A stretch of 64,000 nucleotides of DNA from Veleropilina oligotropha (lineage: Eukaryota). A program made the translations under genes and the position numbers. Shown here one piece after another: positions 40,298 to 51,816 of this stretch. Under the pieces are notes generated by a model that was not told where the DNA came from, searched no databases, and saw nothing but the letters and a program-made list of their open reading frames with translations. How positions within the stretch are numbered: position 1 is the first letter of the stretch; every line of letters begins with the position of its first letter. The stretch lies in NCBI GenBank assembly GCA_048128005.1, contig JBEUKZ010000011.1, positions 62,001-126,000 of the forward strand, in the 5' to 3' direction.

Positions 40298-42371
40298 GGT
40301 CCTTCATATACGCCGCTCTCTTGTCGACGAACTCCGAAAAGTTGTCGCCAAAGAGAGTGGTGGCCGAGCAAGGCACGCATCGCAACGAGCGCCGGGTGGC
40401 CTCGTCTAGCGAGGTGCCTTCCAGGCAAGCGTCCCTACGAAGTAGGAGCGCATTGCCCAGGACACGTCCCGTCTCCAACGCGCTGGTCTCCTGCGCGGCA
40501 GCAACCTCCTGGAGGAAGGACAGGGCAGCCTCGTGGGCGCCGGGTCCATCCTCCTGTAGTACGGCTATCGCACCGTCCAGGAAAAAATCCTGCACGGACG
40601 ACAGCCGCAGAGCCCGTCGGGCGGCGCTCTCGAAGGCTTCCAAGGCGGCCCAAGGAACCTTCGCCACGGAGGGAGTGTGACTGGCGGTCAGTCGACGCAA
40701 CGAAGCGTCTACACGAGCCGGGTCAGTCGCTAGGCACGGACCAGTACAGACGAACGGGATCGCTCGCGAACTGGCCCGGAGGAACCTCCCACTACGGAAC
40801 CCCGAAGGGAACTCGTTCAGCGGGGAGGACTCCACCGGATTGCGCCCCTGAATGAGCTTGGTGATCGAGTCGACGACAAGATCAACCAACCCAGACTGAG
40901 GTAAGGAGGGGAGCTCGGGGGCTTCCCTCGCAACAAACCGATGTGCTGCCGTCCTGTGCTTGGCTACGTCTACAGCCGACCGAGTCGGTTCCGACAAGCC
41001 AAGTACCCCGCGAAGTGACGCAACGGCGTCGAGCCTTCGGCGGGTGGAGGAGGTCGGCTCCTGCGTGCCTGAAAGACTAGCGTCTTCGGGCCCGACCGAT
41101 TCAGGGAGGTCGGAGTGAAGGGAATCGAGGTCCTCGTCGGAACGAGGGTCGATCTCCATCACGGAGGCAGGAGCCGTGCTCTGTGCCAAGGGCAGATGTG
41201 TAGGTACCAGGCGCGGCTGGGGAGCCGTCGGCCAGGCCTTACACCGTTCCTCGATCCCCGCCGCGATCCATGCCTGGACGTTCTCCAAAGAGAAACCCTG
41301 AGGCAGGACGGGCGTCGAACTAACAGCCTGTAGTTCAGTCGAGGAAACCGTGGCGCTAGGTAGACGGGCTGCATTGACAGGTCGAACCGAGGACCAGGGT
41401 CCTAGGGCACTTGTCGAGGGGTCGAACCCGAAGGGCTGGCCCGAAGGCGCAGTCAGTGGGCCGGACGACCGATAGAACTGCGGCAACAGTTCAGATCGGT
41501 CTACCACTCTGTTCGGGAGAGGCACGGTCGGAAAACCGCCGTAGAACCCCGTCCCGAACGCAGCCGGTCTGTCCCCTTTCTCTAGCGTGACCATCGTGGG
41601 TGCACGGGAAAGTAGGGGCCCTCTGAACGTCTCGTGAGCTTCGAGGTTGAGCGGAAAACCCTTAGGGGTAGTCGCGTCGGTCTCGATCGAGGATTCAGGT
41701 GTCGCCGATTGTCCGAGTCTTAGACCTACAAGTAGGTGCCCGGCCTCTTTAAAGGCTTTCTCTGCATTGAGTCTGTCCCCGTCGCAAGACGGAGAGTTTC
41801 CCGCAGAAGGACTAACTGTCCCCTTATTCTTCGAGGCCGAAGAAAAGGATGGGGATTGTCTGCCCTGTTCAGCTGTTCTCTGCGCTGCCAGATATACCTT
41901 GCTAGCCGGCAAGGTATGGTTGGCTGCAGTTACTTGGCCCGTTTGAGGAGGAACGGTCGGCACTCGGGCCGTTACCTGAATCTGGGGTCCCGGCGAGGTT
42001 TCGGTGACTCCCCCAAGAGTCGCGGAGGTTGCGCCGGGTGTCGTTCCGGCGACAGCTGGCCCCTTAGGTCTGCTGGCGTCCATTAGCGTCCCTGAATCAG
42101 AGAAAGAAGAAACGTTATCCCTTACGGAACCCCTAAGGGAACTCGTAAACTTACTCGCCTCTTCCTGACCCATCTCAGGGGAAGGACCCACCGTGGCAGT
42201 CGCCCTGGTCGACTTACCCTGGTGGGCTAGAACCGCCCACTGCTTATCTGATAAAAGAAGGCACAGATCACATTGAAGATTAAGACTACAAGTACGGTGA
42301 ATACGGCATTCCTTGTGCTTATCAAACCCGTGAATTTTCTGGTTACACCCGGAGCTACTGCACCGGACCAT
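40089..42371 (-). CDS. DIRS gag-like ORF1
   Basis: First ATG gives MVRCSSSGCNQKIHGFDKHKECRIHRTCSLNLQCDLC (Cys/His-rich N-terminus). C-terminal LLRRDACL...LRCVP...TLFG segment is typical of DIRS gag. No stops. Confidence 0.85.
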   Translation of the reverse strand: MVRCSSSGCNQKIHGFDKHKECRIHRTCSLNLQCDLCLLLSDKQWAVLAHQGKSTRATATVGPSPEMGQEEASKFTSSLRGSVRDNVSSFSDSGTLMDASRPKGPAVAGTTPGATSATLGGVTETSPGPQIQVTARVPTVPPQTGQVTAANHTLPASKVYLAAQRTAEQGRQSPSFSSASKNKGTVSPSAGNSPSCDGDRLNAEKAFKEAGHLLVGLRLGQSATPESSIETDATTPKGFPLNLEAHETFRGPLLSRAPTMVTLEKGDRPAAFGTGFYGGFPTVPLPNRVVDRSELLPQFYRSSGPLTAPSGQPFGFDPSTSALGPWSSVRPVNAARLPSATVSSTELQAVSSTPVLPQGFSLENVQAWIAAGIEERCKAWPTAPQPRLVPTHLPLAQSTAPASVMEIDPRSDEDLDSLHSDLPESVGPEDASLSGTQEPTSSTRRRLDAVASLRGVLGLSEPTRSAVDVAKHRTAAHRFVAREAPELPSLPQSGLVDLVVDSITKLIQGRNPVESSPLNEFPSGFRSGRFLRASSRAIPFVCTGPCLATDPARVDASLRRLTASHTPSVAKVPWAALEAFESAARRALRLSSVQDFFLDGAIAVLQEDGPGAHEAALSFLQEVAAAQETSALETGRVLGNALLLRRDACLEGTSLDEATRRSLRCVPCSATTLFGDNFSEFVDKRAAYMKDRAIEKAVLLPTRGPPANSKKRSGPTPAPKPSKRAKPSSGGRPPANKPTPKRQAPPAKSRKQSGRGKPRP

Positions 42372-44237
42372 AGCTGAATACACGGGAGGGTGGCAGTGGG
42401 TGTAACGGGTAGATAAATAGGTATATAAGAGGTAGTGTGACTTGTTACTACGACAACTCTTTTTAAATTGCCCTGATCTGAAAAAAACCCCGAACTGGGA
42501 ACACCGAGGTCGGGTAATTACCCGACGCGGCCCGGTAAAACCCGGCAAATTGACTAAAACAAAGGGGGGTTCGTTCTTAGAACAAACCGCCCAGAAAAAC
42601 ACCTGAAAACCTCTTGGATGTTTTTATGTTAGTACAATGGCGTATTATCCCAGAAACGGCAGGATATCAGAAAAACGCAAGCGTGATATCAAACGATCCT
42701 GCCTATTAACGAGGCTAGAAATTTTATACAATAATAACCAGCAATAGCGTCGTTAAGGAATTATCCAATATAATGAGTTACCTGTTTGCAGTCTCAAACA
42801 ATATCAGATAAATATACCGACCAGAAATTCTTCTAATTACGGATTTCCCCCTCTAGGCGGCCATGCTTTTTCCTTAGCAACGGCGGCGTCGTCGGTTTCA
42901 GTGATTTTCCAGAACTTTGTTTCTTCAAATCATCTATGATCAACACTATTCACATGTGTTTGTATATCCACAACACAGGGTATTCCACAACTTATATAAA
43001 GTTGTCGTTAATCGCCCTCGATCTTAACGTAAAAATCGAAGACAAACTCGAAAGATTTTGCGGAGCAAAAAAACACGTCTTTCCGTTTTCGCGGAAAACT
43101 TTGAATTGATGTCTGGTGACTTGATAGCCCGGATGTCTCGCGAGACTTGGCGAGATCTCGCTGGAGGAACTGAGAGAGGGGAAGCAGGGCGGGGGGTCGT
43201 GGTTGTTTTTGACTTATTTAGTGCATAAATGTGACTTTATTCACTGTTTCCGGTTAGCGATAATATGACTATTATGGCAAGAGTAAGGACGTAAGTAAGT
43301 TTGTAACTACATAGGCATATACACAGCCTGATGACATGCTTCTAAATATATAACATTTTTAGAGAAATGGTCTAATCAACAACTGGAAATTTGAGTAGCA
43401 CTTAATAGTATACCGATATGCAGGCTAACTGTCTTGACCAAGTCCAAATTCCGAATTTCAGCAAAACACGGACGTACATTTTCTAATATTCACAGGATAA
43501 GTTAAACACATCATAGGAAGGCTCATGCCAATTAACAAAAAAAATTATCACACAGTTTCGGAGTTATTCACATTTGAAGTCGAAACTTGATGCAGAAGTG
43601 GATTTTCTAAGTCCAAAAATGTAAATTTCAGAAAAACAGCGATGTAGAATTTTCAAAAAATTACAGGATATGTTAAGAACATTATAAGGAAGGCTCATGC
43701 CAAAGTAGAAAAAAAGTTATCAGACAGTTTCTGAGTTATTCACATTTGAATTCGACATTTGTCGCAGAAGTGAAGTCCAAAAAATGTAAATTTCAGAAAA
43801 ATAGCGACGTAGAATTTTCTAATATTTTCAAGAAATGTTCAGAACATCATAAGAAAGGCTCATGCGAAAGAAAAGTTATCAGACAGTTTTCAAGATATTC
43901 ACATTTCTAGTCAAAAGTAAACGCCGGACGAACGGACGTACTCCGAACAAAGCGTTATCAGTCAAGCTCCGCTGACTACGTCACAGCGGAGCTAAAAAGT
44001 AATTGTTGTCATTTAAATAGTTGGGTGTCAGTAATGGAAGTGAAATGGATAAGAAAACATTTCTTCATGAATTGCCCAGTCAGTTTATTTAGCGATCAGG
44101 CTAACATAAACCACTTTCAATAAAAGGTTGAATATCATTTTCTTCTCCTTATTCAGTTTGAATGCCATTGCCGCGGTTGATTTCTCCGTCGGTATATCTT
44201 CACATTTTACGTCTATATTCAAATAAATCCAAATAGT

Positions 44238-45578
44238 AAACAAGAAGACAAAGCCATCAATATCCCCCGCAATGGGACATTCATAATAATTAATATATAT
44301 GCTCCATTTTCTTGAAACAATATAGTTGATTTAAATAATAACTAGAGGTATAATCCTCATACAGGCCCGCCTTTTGGATATATAAATCCATAGAGAGGAA
44401 AATAATCAATAACTTTGACCTTTGACCCAGAGACTCCATTTTTGAACTTAACCAAGGCCTGATGGTATACAAGGTGCATACCCAAGATGAAAGCTGTAGG
44501 TCGAGCGGTTCATCTTCTATGTGACAGAAAGCAATCTTCGAAGTGCCAGAACGGAAATCCACGAAAATGACCTTGACCTTTGACCCAGCGACCCCATCTT
44601 TGAACTTGTGCTAGGCATGATGGTATACAAGGTGCATACCCAAGATGAAAGCTGTAGGTCCAGCGGTTCATCTTCTATGTGACAGAAAGCAATCTTCGAA
44701 GTGCCAGAACGGAAATACACGAAAATGACCTTGACCTTTGACCCAGCGACCCCATCTTTGAACTTGGGCTAGGCCTGATGGTATACAAGGTGCATACCCA
44801 AGATGAAAGCTGTAGGTCCAGCGGTTCATCTTCTATGTGACAGAAAGCAATATTCGAAGTGCCAGAATGGAAATACACGAAAATGACCTTGACCTTTGAC
44901 CCAGCGACCCCATCTTTGAACTTGGGCTAGGCCTGATGGTATACAAGGTGCATACCCAAGATGAAAGCTGTAGGTCCAGCGGTTCATCTTCTATGTGACA
45001 GAAAGCAATATTCGAAGTGCCAGAACGGAAATACACGAAAATGACCTTGACCTTTGACCCAGCAACCCCATCTTTGAACTTGGGCTAGGCCTGATGGTAT
45101 ACAAGGTGCATACCCAAGATGAAAGCTGTAGGTCCAGCGGTTCATCTTCTATGTGACAGAAAGCAATCTTCGAAGTGCCAGAACGGAAATACACGAAAAT
45201 GACCTTGACCTTTGACCCAGCGACCCCATCTTTGAACTTGGGCTAGGCCTGATGGTATATAAGATGTATGCCAAATATGAAAGGAGTAAGTCCAGCGGTT
45301 CATCTTCTATGTGACAGAAAGCATCAGGCGACGGACGCCAGTACACGGCTATAGCCCCGCCTTTAGAGCCCTGCCTTTAGAAGGCGGGCCAAAAAGGGCA
45401 ATAGCAATAACTCTGTCATTAATCATGATGCCACGTTAAAATTATGAAAAGGCACCAGTTAACCAACTACTAAATACACCCACCAAGTTTCGCAATGATA
45501 AGTCAAGTACTGTATGAGATACAGTCGGGAATAACAAAATTAAAGCAAGTGCAATAACTCTGTGAATATTTGACGTAC
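44238..45578. mobile_element. Truncated HINE of the 1106 family with a nested HINE (about 44340-45393) carrying 158-bp tandem repeats
   Basis: The head matches the 1106 head and the match resumes at about 45395 against about 1345-1523. The nested element has ggcccgcc / ggcgggcc ends and about 6 units containing tgaccttgacctttgaccc. Confidence 0.75.
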
Positions 45579-46599
45579 ATAGCGCGCCTGAATCTGAATT
45601 TGCGGGAGTCAAAGTTGTGCGCCTATAAACGATATGATAAATCAATAAATGGACTTGTAAAATCATGCTTAGTTTCATTTTCAATACTTTAATACAGCTG
45701 ATATCGTTTGCGACGTCGCGGCAATCTTCAACTATTATCAGACATTGTTGGGCATCGACTTCGTCATGTTCTCGCAGCGAGTGTATACAATACATGTTGA
45801 CTATTTCCGTACATTGCCGATATGCGTTTTTCGGAGCCCTTCGGTGTTTTCTCAAAATGCTTATCGTCATTTAAATTATTGTCGGCCATTTTCGCCATAT
45901 TCCGGTTTTAAAACGACGAGTCTTTAGCGACTTTCACGGAGACCTTGTCACTGCTTCAGCAACATTTACAATGAAATAAATATTTAAACACGGGAATAAT
46001 AGCAGTTTTAGTAACTAAAGTAAGTTGTATATGAAATTATAATATGTTTTAACAGGATATACGTATTGAATGCAAGTCTGTCGACAAGGCGCACTACATT
46101 TCAAGGGAGATAATTTAGTGTGACGACTACAATAAGCAGCAAAGCTACGAAATAGAATTATATTAAATTTGAATTGTGAAAGTTGATTTCGTGACAAAAC
46201 TTGTGTGAAATATACAAATTAGCAAATATTAAGCGAGCATATAAATGTAAACCTATTCTAAATATCCATCCAAGTGTTACTGTTGGCTATCAAGTAGGCC
46301 TATCAAAGAAATGTCTAGAATAATTACATAAACAATATATACCTTATTAATTAGCTAATTTAATTGTGAAAAGATTGGCTACATATTATGTCTAGGTAAA
46401 CTAGATACGTACAGTTGATATTTTAAATTTAAAGAATATCAACATTATTATATATCGCTCGCCCAACTTAGTTTCTTTTAGGAGAGTCAATTGCTCGCCT
46501 CGGCATTTTCAGGAGAGTAATTTTTTACTCTCCTTCATTTTACAAACCATCAGCACTGCCAGTGATTTTTCCGAGACCACAACCGAAACCACACACCGA

Positions 46600-46775
46600 T
46601 TGGTACAAACCCACATTGAATATAAAGCGACTACTATCTCTGTATACCAATGAGTACTCGCCCACATTGATTATGAAGGGACTAATATCTCTGTACACCT
46701 AAGGGTATTCACCCACATTGAATGCGACGGGTTAACTATCTTGTATACCGATGGGTACTCACCCACATTGAATAT
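46600..46775 (-). repeat. Four diverged ~50-bp repeats spanning the exon f 5' splice junction
   Basis: cccacattga recurs at about 46610, 46661, 46712 and 46762, with tactcac-like donor complements and ctatct...gtatacc spacers. Confidence 0.8.
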
Positions 46776-46915
46776 GTAAGGATTATTATCTCCGTATTCC
46801 ACTTTGTAGGAGGTGACTGGCATTCCGCCATTGGAAACCGGAGGTGTCACTGCAAGCCGGACAGAGTCGGAGAAGTCCTCTTCGATGGTCACCGATGATG
46901 GCGGACCGGGTGCGT
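46763..46915 (-). CDS. CAM exon f (N-terminal half of FN3 domain 1)
   Basis: cctgtccag acceptor and G|gtgagt donor. Encodes (Y)APGPPSSVTIEEDFSDSVRLAVTPPVSNGGMPVTSYKVEYGDNNPYIFNV. Phase 1 to 1. Confidence 0.9.
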
Positions 46916-47244
46916 CTGGACAGGAAAAATGACCACATCACACATGGGCATACAACCATATTCAAGTTCAATCCAAGAAAGGGACTGGTGATGAATTTCA
47001 AGAGCGGTTCCTGCCTAATAGGCAATGGTTTCAAAATAAAATGTCAACAAAATATATATGCTACTGAAACATTACCATGATGCAAATTCATTTGATAATG
47101 GAATATTGACATACATTTCAAGATACAATATGTCGTAGGTCAAGCACAATACTTATTACTCTTCAAGATGTTTATGAATAACTGCTGATCAAACACATCA
47201 GTCAAGTAATAAAAAGACAAATGCTATTGGCGTATTTTACTCAC

Positions 47245-47350
47245 AAGCCTGGTTTAATGTGATGTTGTATGAAGCTTCTCCTCTTTCATTCAAAGCCTTG
47301 CAAGAATACTCTCCAAACACATAACCCACTGTGGTGAAATCCACTTTCAC
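47245..47350 (-). CDS. CAM exon e (C-terminal half of last Ig domain); not in the ORF track
   Basis: tttgtag acceptor and T|gtgagt donor. Encodes VKVDFTTVGYVFGEYSCKALNERGEASYNITLNQA (G-x-Y-x-C-x-A-x-N). Phase 0 to 1. Confidence 0.88.
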
Positions 47351-47420
47351 CTACAAATAAAGATATGTGTAAATTTACGTGAATATAGAAAATGGATAAA
47401 CATTATGACTAGTTCAATAG

Positions 47421-47817
47421 CCTATATCTACAACCTGTTCACATAACGTTGTTAACGATTGGACTAGATTGATGCTTCAAGTCCTGTATATCTACAAATT
47501 GTTCACATAACGTTGTTAACGATTGGACTAGATGATGCTTCAAGTCCTGTATATCTACAACCTGTTCACATAACGTTGTTAACGATTGGACTCGATTGAT
47601 GCTTCAAGTCCTGTATATCTACAACCTTTAATTTCAAAGCAGGATATGTCCATATTATCGCGGGAGAAATCGTGGTCGCCTGGTTTCAGAGTCTGCATCA
47701 GACACCACACGACTGTCGACGTGGTCGTCTGGTTTCAGAGTCTGCATCAGACACCACACGACTGTCGACGTGGTCGCCTGGTTTCAGAGTCTGCATCAGA
47801 CACCACACGACTGTCGA
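47421..47817. repeat. Two short tandem repeats (~66 bp x3 and 48 bp x3)
   Basis: tatatctacaacctgttcacataacgttgttaacgattgg... at 47421-47627; cgtggtcgcctggtttcagagtctgcatcagacaccacacgactgtcga at 47671-47817. Confidence 0.9.
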
Positions 47818-48089
47818 ACCGGTCGGTTGTTAACGAACCCAGAGCACTATATCCAAACATAGATCATTAAGTCACAGCAGTTTTCTTACTTAAAGAACAG
47901 ACTGCAGATATAAAAGGCATCAGGTCGTGAATATAACTTTTGTGATGCAGTTTTGCAAAATATGTTCTCAGTAGGCACTGTGCACAATTACTATATAAAT
48001 CTGTAAATTCTGACATTATGTTCATAATTTTGTTTCATGTTTGACGTCAAGTTGCATTAAACGTCATAGCAATTATGATGTCATACAGT

Positions 48090-51000
48090 CAGCCCTGTGA
48101 ATTAGCGACGGCATTCGGCAAAGCCGTCGTATTTGCTGTCGCCGTATAGATTTGCGACGGCATCGTTTTTGCCGTCGCAAGCAATATGACACGTGATTTA
48201 TATTTCAATAATCCCTGCTTTGCAATATCTAATTATACCTTAAAATGTAAAGCACACACGATTAGGCTAAGAATAATATACATTACCCCATAATTTTCCG
48301 AATTAAGTCCCAACGCTCAAGCGAGACCGACAGTCTCGTGGTAGACATTCTGAAATAATATTCGATTATTTCCGTCGGCCGTCGTAAGCGTACTTCGGAA
48401 GCCGAGCCAATCTCCGACAAGAATCGTTACTAGTATTGCCATATTAAATTCTGGTCGGGTTTTTGCACGGGTTCCGAAGTTCGCATACGATTGGCGACGG
48501 AAATAATCGAGCGTTTTCTTCGAAAGTTTGTCCTGTTGACATTGAAACCAAATTTAAAAGCAAAACAATGGTGAAAGAAAGTATCGTTGCGAAGTGGGGA
48601 TTTGAATGTATTGGAATGGAAATTGAAAATGAAATGGTAACGCGTGTCTTTTGCAAGACTTGCAGACAGTTTTATGGGACAGATGGCAATTCTACTTATG
48701 CTCGTGGCCGTTCTGGGATCGAAATAGACAAATATATAAAGGGAACGACGGTCATAAAGAAATGTAACTTCTTTGATCACATAAGTAAAAGCAACGCTCA
48801 CAGAGTAGCATCATCTCGGATAAATGAAAAAAATGAATCTAAATTAAAAAATCCTGAAGCATCAAGCGACAATACATCATATCCTAGACAGACAACAATG
48901 CTTCCACACATGCGTAAACTAAATTCTCTTCAACGTTCACAACTTACACGTAAATTTCAACTAGCACATTTTGTAGCATCAACTGGAAAATCTTTTAAAT
49001 GTTATGAGGAATTTGCGAAGTTTGAGAAAAATGTTCACGGAGTGGATCTCGGAAATTCGTACACTGATCACAGAGCAGGTGCAGAAATCGTGAAATATCT
49101 CAGCATCAGTAATAGAATGAAAAACATCACTGAACCATTGAACGCATCAGAAATACACTATTACAGTGTTATGTGTGATGGGTCAAGTAGCGCAAAAACG
49201 ATGGACGAAAAAGAACTGTACATAATAAAATTATGTCGTAATGGAATCCCAAAATATCACGTAATCAGTCTCGAGGAGCCAGAAGAGGTGAATGCGATCG
49301 GGTTAAAGAACGCCTTTGACAAGGCAATCAGTAAAATGAACTTCACGTTTCAGAGACAAACAAGAGAACTGGGAATGTGCAGTGATGCAGCACCAGTCAA
49401 CATCGCTTTGCACAGATTGCTGAAGAGCGATTTGGGGGAACACTATTTGCTCACGTTATGTCCTGCCCATAAGTTTGAATTGGCTATACGGGATGCTTTC
49501 CGCACTTCCGATCTCAACAGCAAATGCGAAGAAAACTACTCGACTGTTTACTATTTCTTTAAAAAGGCAAATTTAAAATGGCGACTTATGAAAAGACAGT
49601 CTCAGTTCATGAACAGTGAAATGCTGCGGTACAAGCGACCCGCAGGTACTCGCTGGATTGAGCATCAGATAGGCGCAATAAACTCTCACATAATCAATTT
49701 GCCTGTATTCATAGGATTCCTAAATCAGCAGATAACCGCGCCGCATAACGCCACCATGAAGGCCTCGATCCCGACAATGACAGGGATTAAAAAAGCTGTT
49801 TGTCGCACTGACCATGTTGTATTTGACGCGGTAAAATACGACATACTGAAAACGGTTTCCCCAATGAGCAAAATCATGCAAGACTGTTCATTCATATCGC
49901 CAGGGCTTATCACATTGGTATCCACGACCATTAAAAATGTACAGAACATGAACAAATTAATCACTGACAAAGGGACAGATGCGTTCAGTATCGCAGACGT
50001 TTTCCCCAGAACTTCCAAACTGTTGAGAGAACTTAGCACAGAAAACGACACGGTCGTTCCAGAGCGACAAACTCGCCATATTATTACAAATACGCCAGCT
50101 TCCTTTTCTCTTTATCACGATTATCTGCTTTGTGGGTCCATCGATGATTCTATGCCTAAGATAATCACAGAGGCGCGCAAGATTCTCTCAGCTCTTGATA
50201 GTTCTTTGACAAAGAGATTTTCCACCATAACAGATGATCCCATTTTTGCGGCAATGGCAACATTTTTGAACACACAGTCGTACACCTTTACGGATGCTGA
50301 TGACGTATTTCAGAACGTTAACATTATTGCAAATAAGTTTGACAATATTCTTGACGCAAATAAATGCGACAAGTCTCGATTAAAATTTGAACTAAGAATG
50401 GTTTATGAGCATGTCAACAAATTTATGTCCCAACTCTCCCCAGAGAAATGCTGGCCTCAGCTTTTTCAGATTTCAAACACGCTTGACATTCCGAACATAC
50501 TCCATATCGCAGAAATTTGTATTGCTTCACCACTCTGCAACGCTGAATGTGAGCGTGTATATTCTTTCTTGTGGAAAATCTTTTCCAAAGATCGTATGTC
50601 TCTTAAAAACACCACACTTGAATATTTGTTACAATTAAGATGCGATAACGACTTTTCAATCGAACGGTATGAGAAAGCAATTGACATGTTCCTGTCCGTT
50701 TATCCTGACGGCACAGTCAGGAAGCGAGCGCGTCATGTCGACGGGCATGATTATCCCTCCGAAAGGAAATCGACCAAGCTGTCCGACTCCACTCTCCAAA
50801 GCATAACCAATGCACTTGATTCTGCTGCCTCCAAAACCGTCACTGACATTGACATTAACTCGGTGTCCAATGACGAGTGGTCGGACTCATCGTCCGACGA
50901 CGATTAATCAATGGACGTGAATATGATAACGATGAAAATAAATTATTCTGTTTAAATGAATTTGTTGTCTAAACCTATAATATAAATAATAAATGAATTT

Positions 51001-51644
51001 AGTTGGTTTCTTTTGACTACGCTGTTTTCGACTAAATCAGTAGAAGTAGAATACACCGACGTAATTGCGCCAGCATAATAAGCATATAAATAGGCTACTT
51101 GCGAAAACGAGGTCGCTTGCCCATTGGCATTGTCGAGTTCATTTTCCCGTTGGCGTTTTTGACACACTACTGTCACTAGACCGTATGACATGTAAACTTC
51201 CACACTTCGTTATTATGCATGTCATTTTAAAATATAATATAGGCCTACAAGAACAACACACTATCATCTTTTCGACAGAAATTGGTAATATTTTCATAAT
51301 AATCAAATAGCGTTCCATGTCGATCTATTTCGTGCCCTCGTTGATTGACATGGAACAGATAACTCTTGATTGTGTTTCGTACTGCAGGCCAAGTTATCAC
51401 TTATTGTGACACCGTGTCGAGAGAAATGTTGGCTCGGACTGTACACATTGTGTAGTTTATTCAATACAATCCATGTTGATACGTTTGTAAAACCTGACGC
51501 AAATTGGCTATTGTTACTACAGCTGGCTGTATAATATTGGCATGCATTTTTGCGTACACAAAAAATGCCGTCGCGTGCCGTCGGTTTCCGGGTTTACGGC
51601 GGCATTAAAATGCCGTCGTGGTTGCAGGCTAATTCACAGGGCTG
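48090..51644 (+). mobile_element. Autonomous hAT-superfamily DNA transposon with 6-bp TSD
   Basis: Perfect 17-bp TIR CAGCCCTGTGAATTAGC / GCTAATTCACAGGGCTG. Flanking TACAGT at 48084-48089 and 51645-51650. Subterminal gccgtcg/cgacggc repeats at both ends. Confidence 0.93.
48568..50907 (+). CDS. hAT transposase (ZNF862-like)
   Basis: Intronless ORF, first ATG at 48568. N-terminal CKTC...H...H zinc finger. VMCDGSS and MCSDAAPVN supply candidate catalytic aspartates. Also CPAH (CxxH), TRW and NAECERVYS (catalytic Glu, hAT C-terminal domain). aataaa follows the stop. Confidence 0.92.
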   Translation: MVKESIVAKWGFECIGMEIENEMVTRVFCKTCRQFYGTDGNSTYARGRSGIEIDKYIKGTTVIKKCNFFDHISKSNAHRVASSRINEKNESKLKNPEASSDNTSYPRQTTMLPHMRKLNSLQRSQLTRKFQLAHFVASTGKSFKCYEEFAKFEKNVHGVDLGNSYTDHRAGAEIVKYLSISNRMKNITEPLNASEIHYYSVMCDGSSSAKTMDEKELYIIKLCRNGIPKYHVISLEEPEEVNAIGLKNAFDKAISKMNFTFQRQTRELGMCSDAAPVNIALHRLLKSDLGEHYLLTLCPAHKFELAIRDAFRTSDLNSKCEENYSTVYYFFKKANLKWRLMKRQSQFMNSEMLRYKRPAGTRWIEHQIGAINSHIINLPVFIGFLNQQITAPHNATMKASIPTMTGIKKAVCRTDHVVFDAVKYDILKTVSPMSKIMQDCSFISPGLITLVSTTIKNVQNMNKLITDKGTDAFSIADVFPRTSKLLRELSTENDTVVPERQTRHIITNTPASFSLYHDYLLCGSIDDSMPKIITEARKILSALDSSLTKRFSTITDDPIFAAMATFLNTQSYTFTDADDVFQNVNIIANKFDNILDANKCDKSRLKFELRMVYEHVNKFMSQLSPEKCWPQLFQISNTLDIPNILHIAEICIASPLCNAECERVYSFLWKIFSKDRMSLKNTTLEYLLQLRCDNDFSIERYEKAIDMFLSVYPDGTVRKRARHVDGHDYPSERKSTKLSDSTLQSITNALDSAASKTVTDIDINSVSNDEWSDSSSDDD

Positions 51645-51816
51645 TACAGTTGTATTATCAGCTATCAAAAGTCATGATATTTAACAAATACTATTAGGCT
51701 ATTTGCAAAATTGAAATGTTAGAAGTCATGCGTAATCATATTTAATGGCCATTAATATATAACAGAAGACCTTAAAAGACAAAGGTCAAGACATAAATTC
51801 GGAAATATCACTTCAG

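Larger units (their letters stand above)
35884..43313 (-). mobile_element. Full-length DIRS1-type tyrosine-recombinase retrotransposon
   Basis: 201-bp inverted terminal repeats at 35923-36123 and 43097-43297. Internal complementary region at 36182-36271 matches both outer ends. ATA at both termini. Contains gag, RT/RNase H/methyltransferase and YR ORFs. GC-rich against AT-rich flanks. Confidence 0.97.
35792..43998. mobile_element. HINE-like element split by the DIRS insertion
   Basis: aaacaagag...agctcc head before the DIRS. After the DIRS come diverged tandem units (43430-43920), ggacg repeats and hairpin agctccgctg...cagcggagct then AAAA. Confidence 0.65.

Noticed and set aside
37104..42602. 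Bacterial or phage integrase island, or contamination
   Set aside because: The GC-rich block is fully explained by a eukaryotic DIRS element with ITRs, ICR, gag and RT.
45580..46558. Complete hAT-like element ending in cagcactg
   Set aside because: Only one plausible terminus is visible, with no matching TIR or TSD; at most a truncated fragment.
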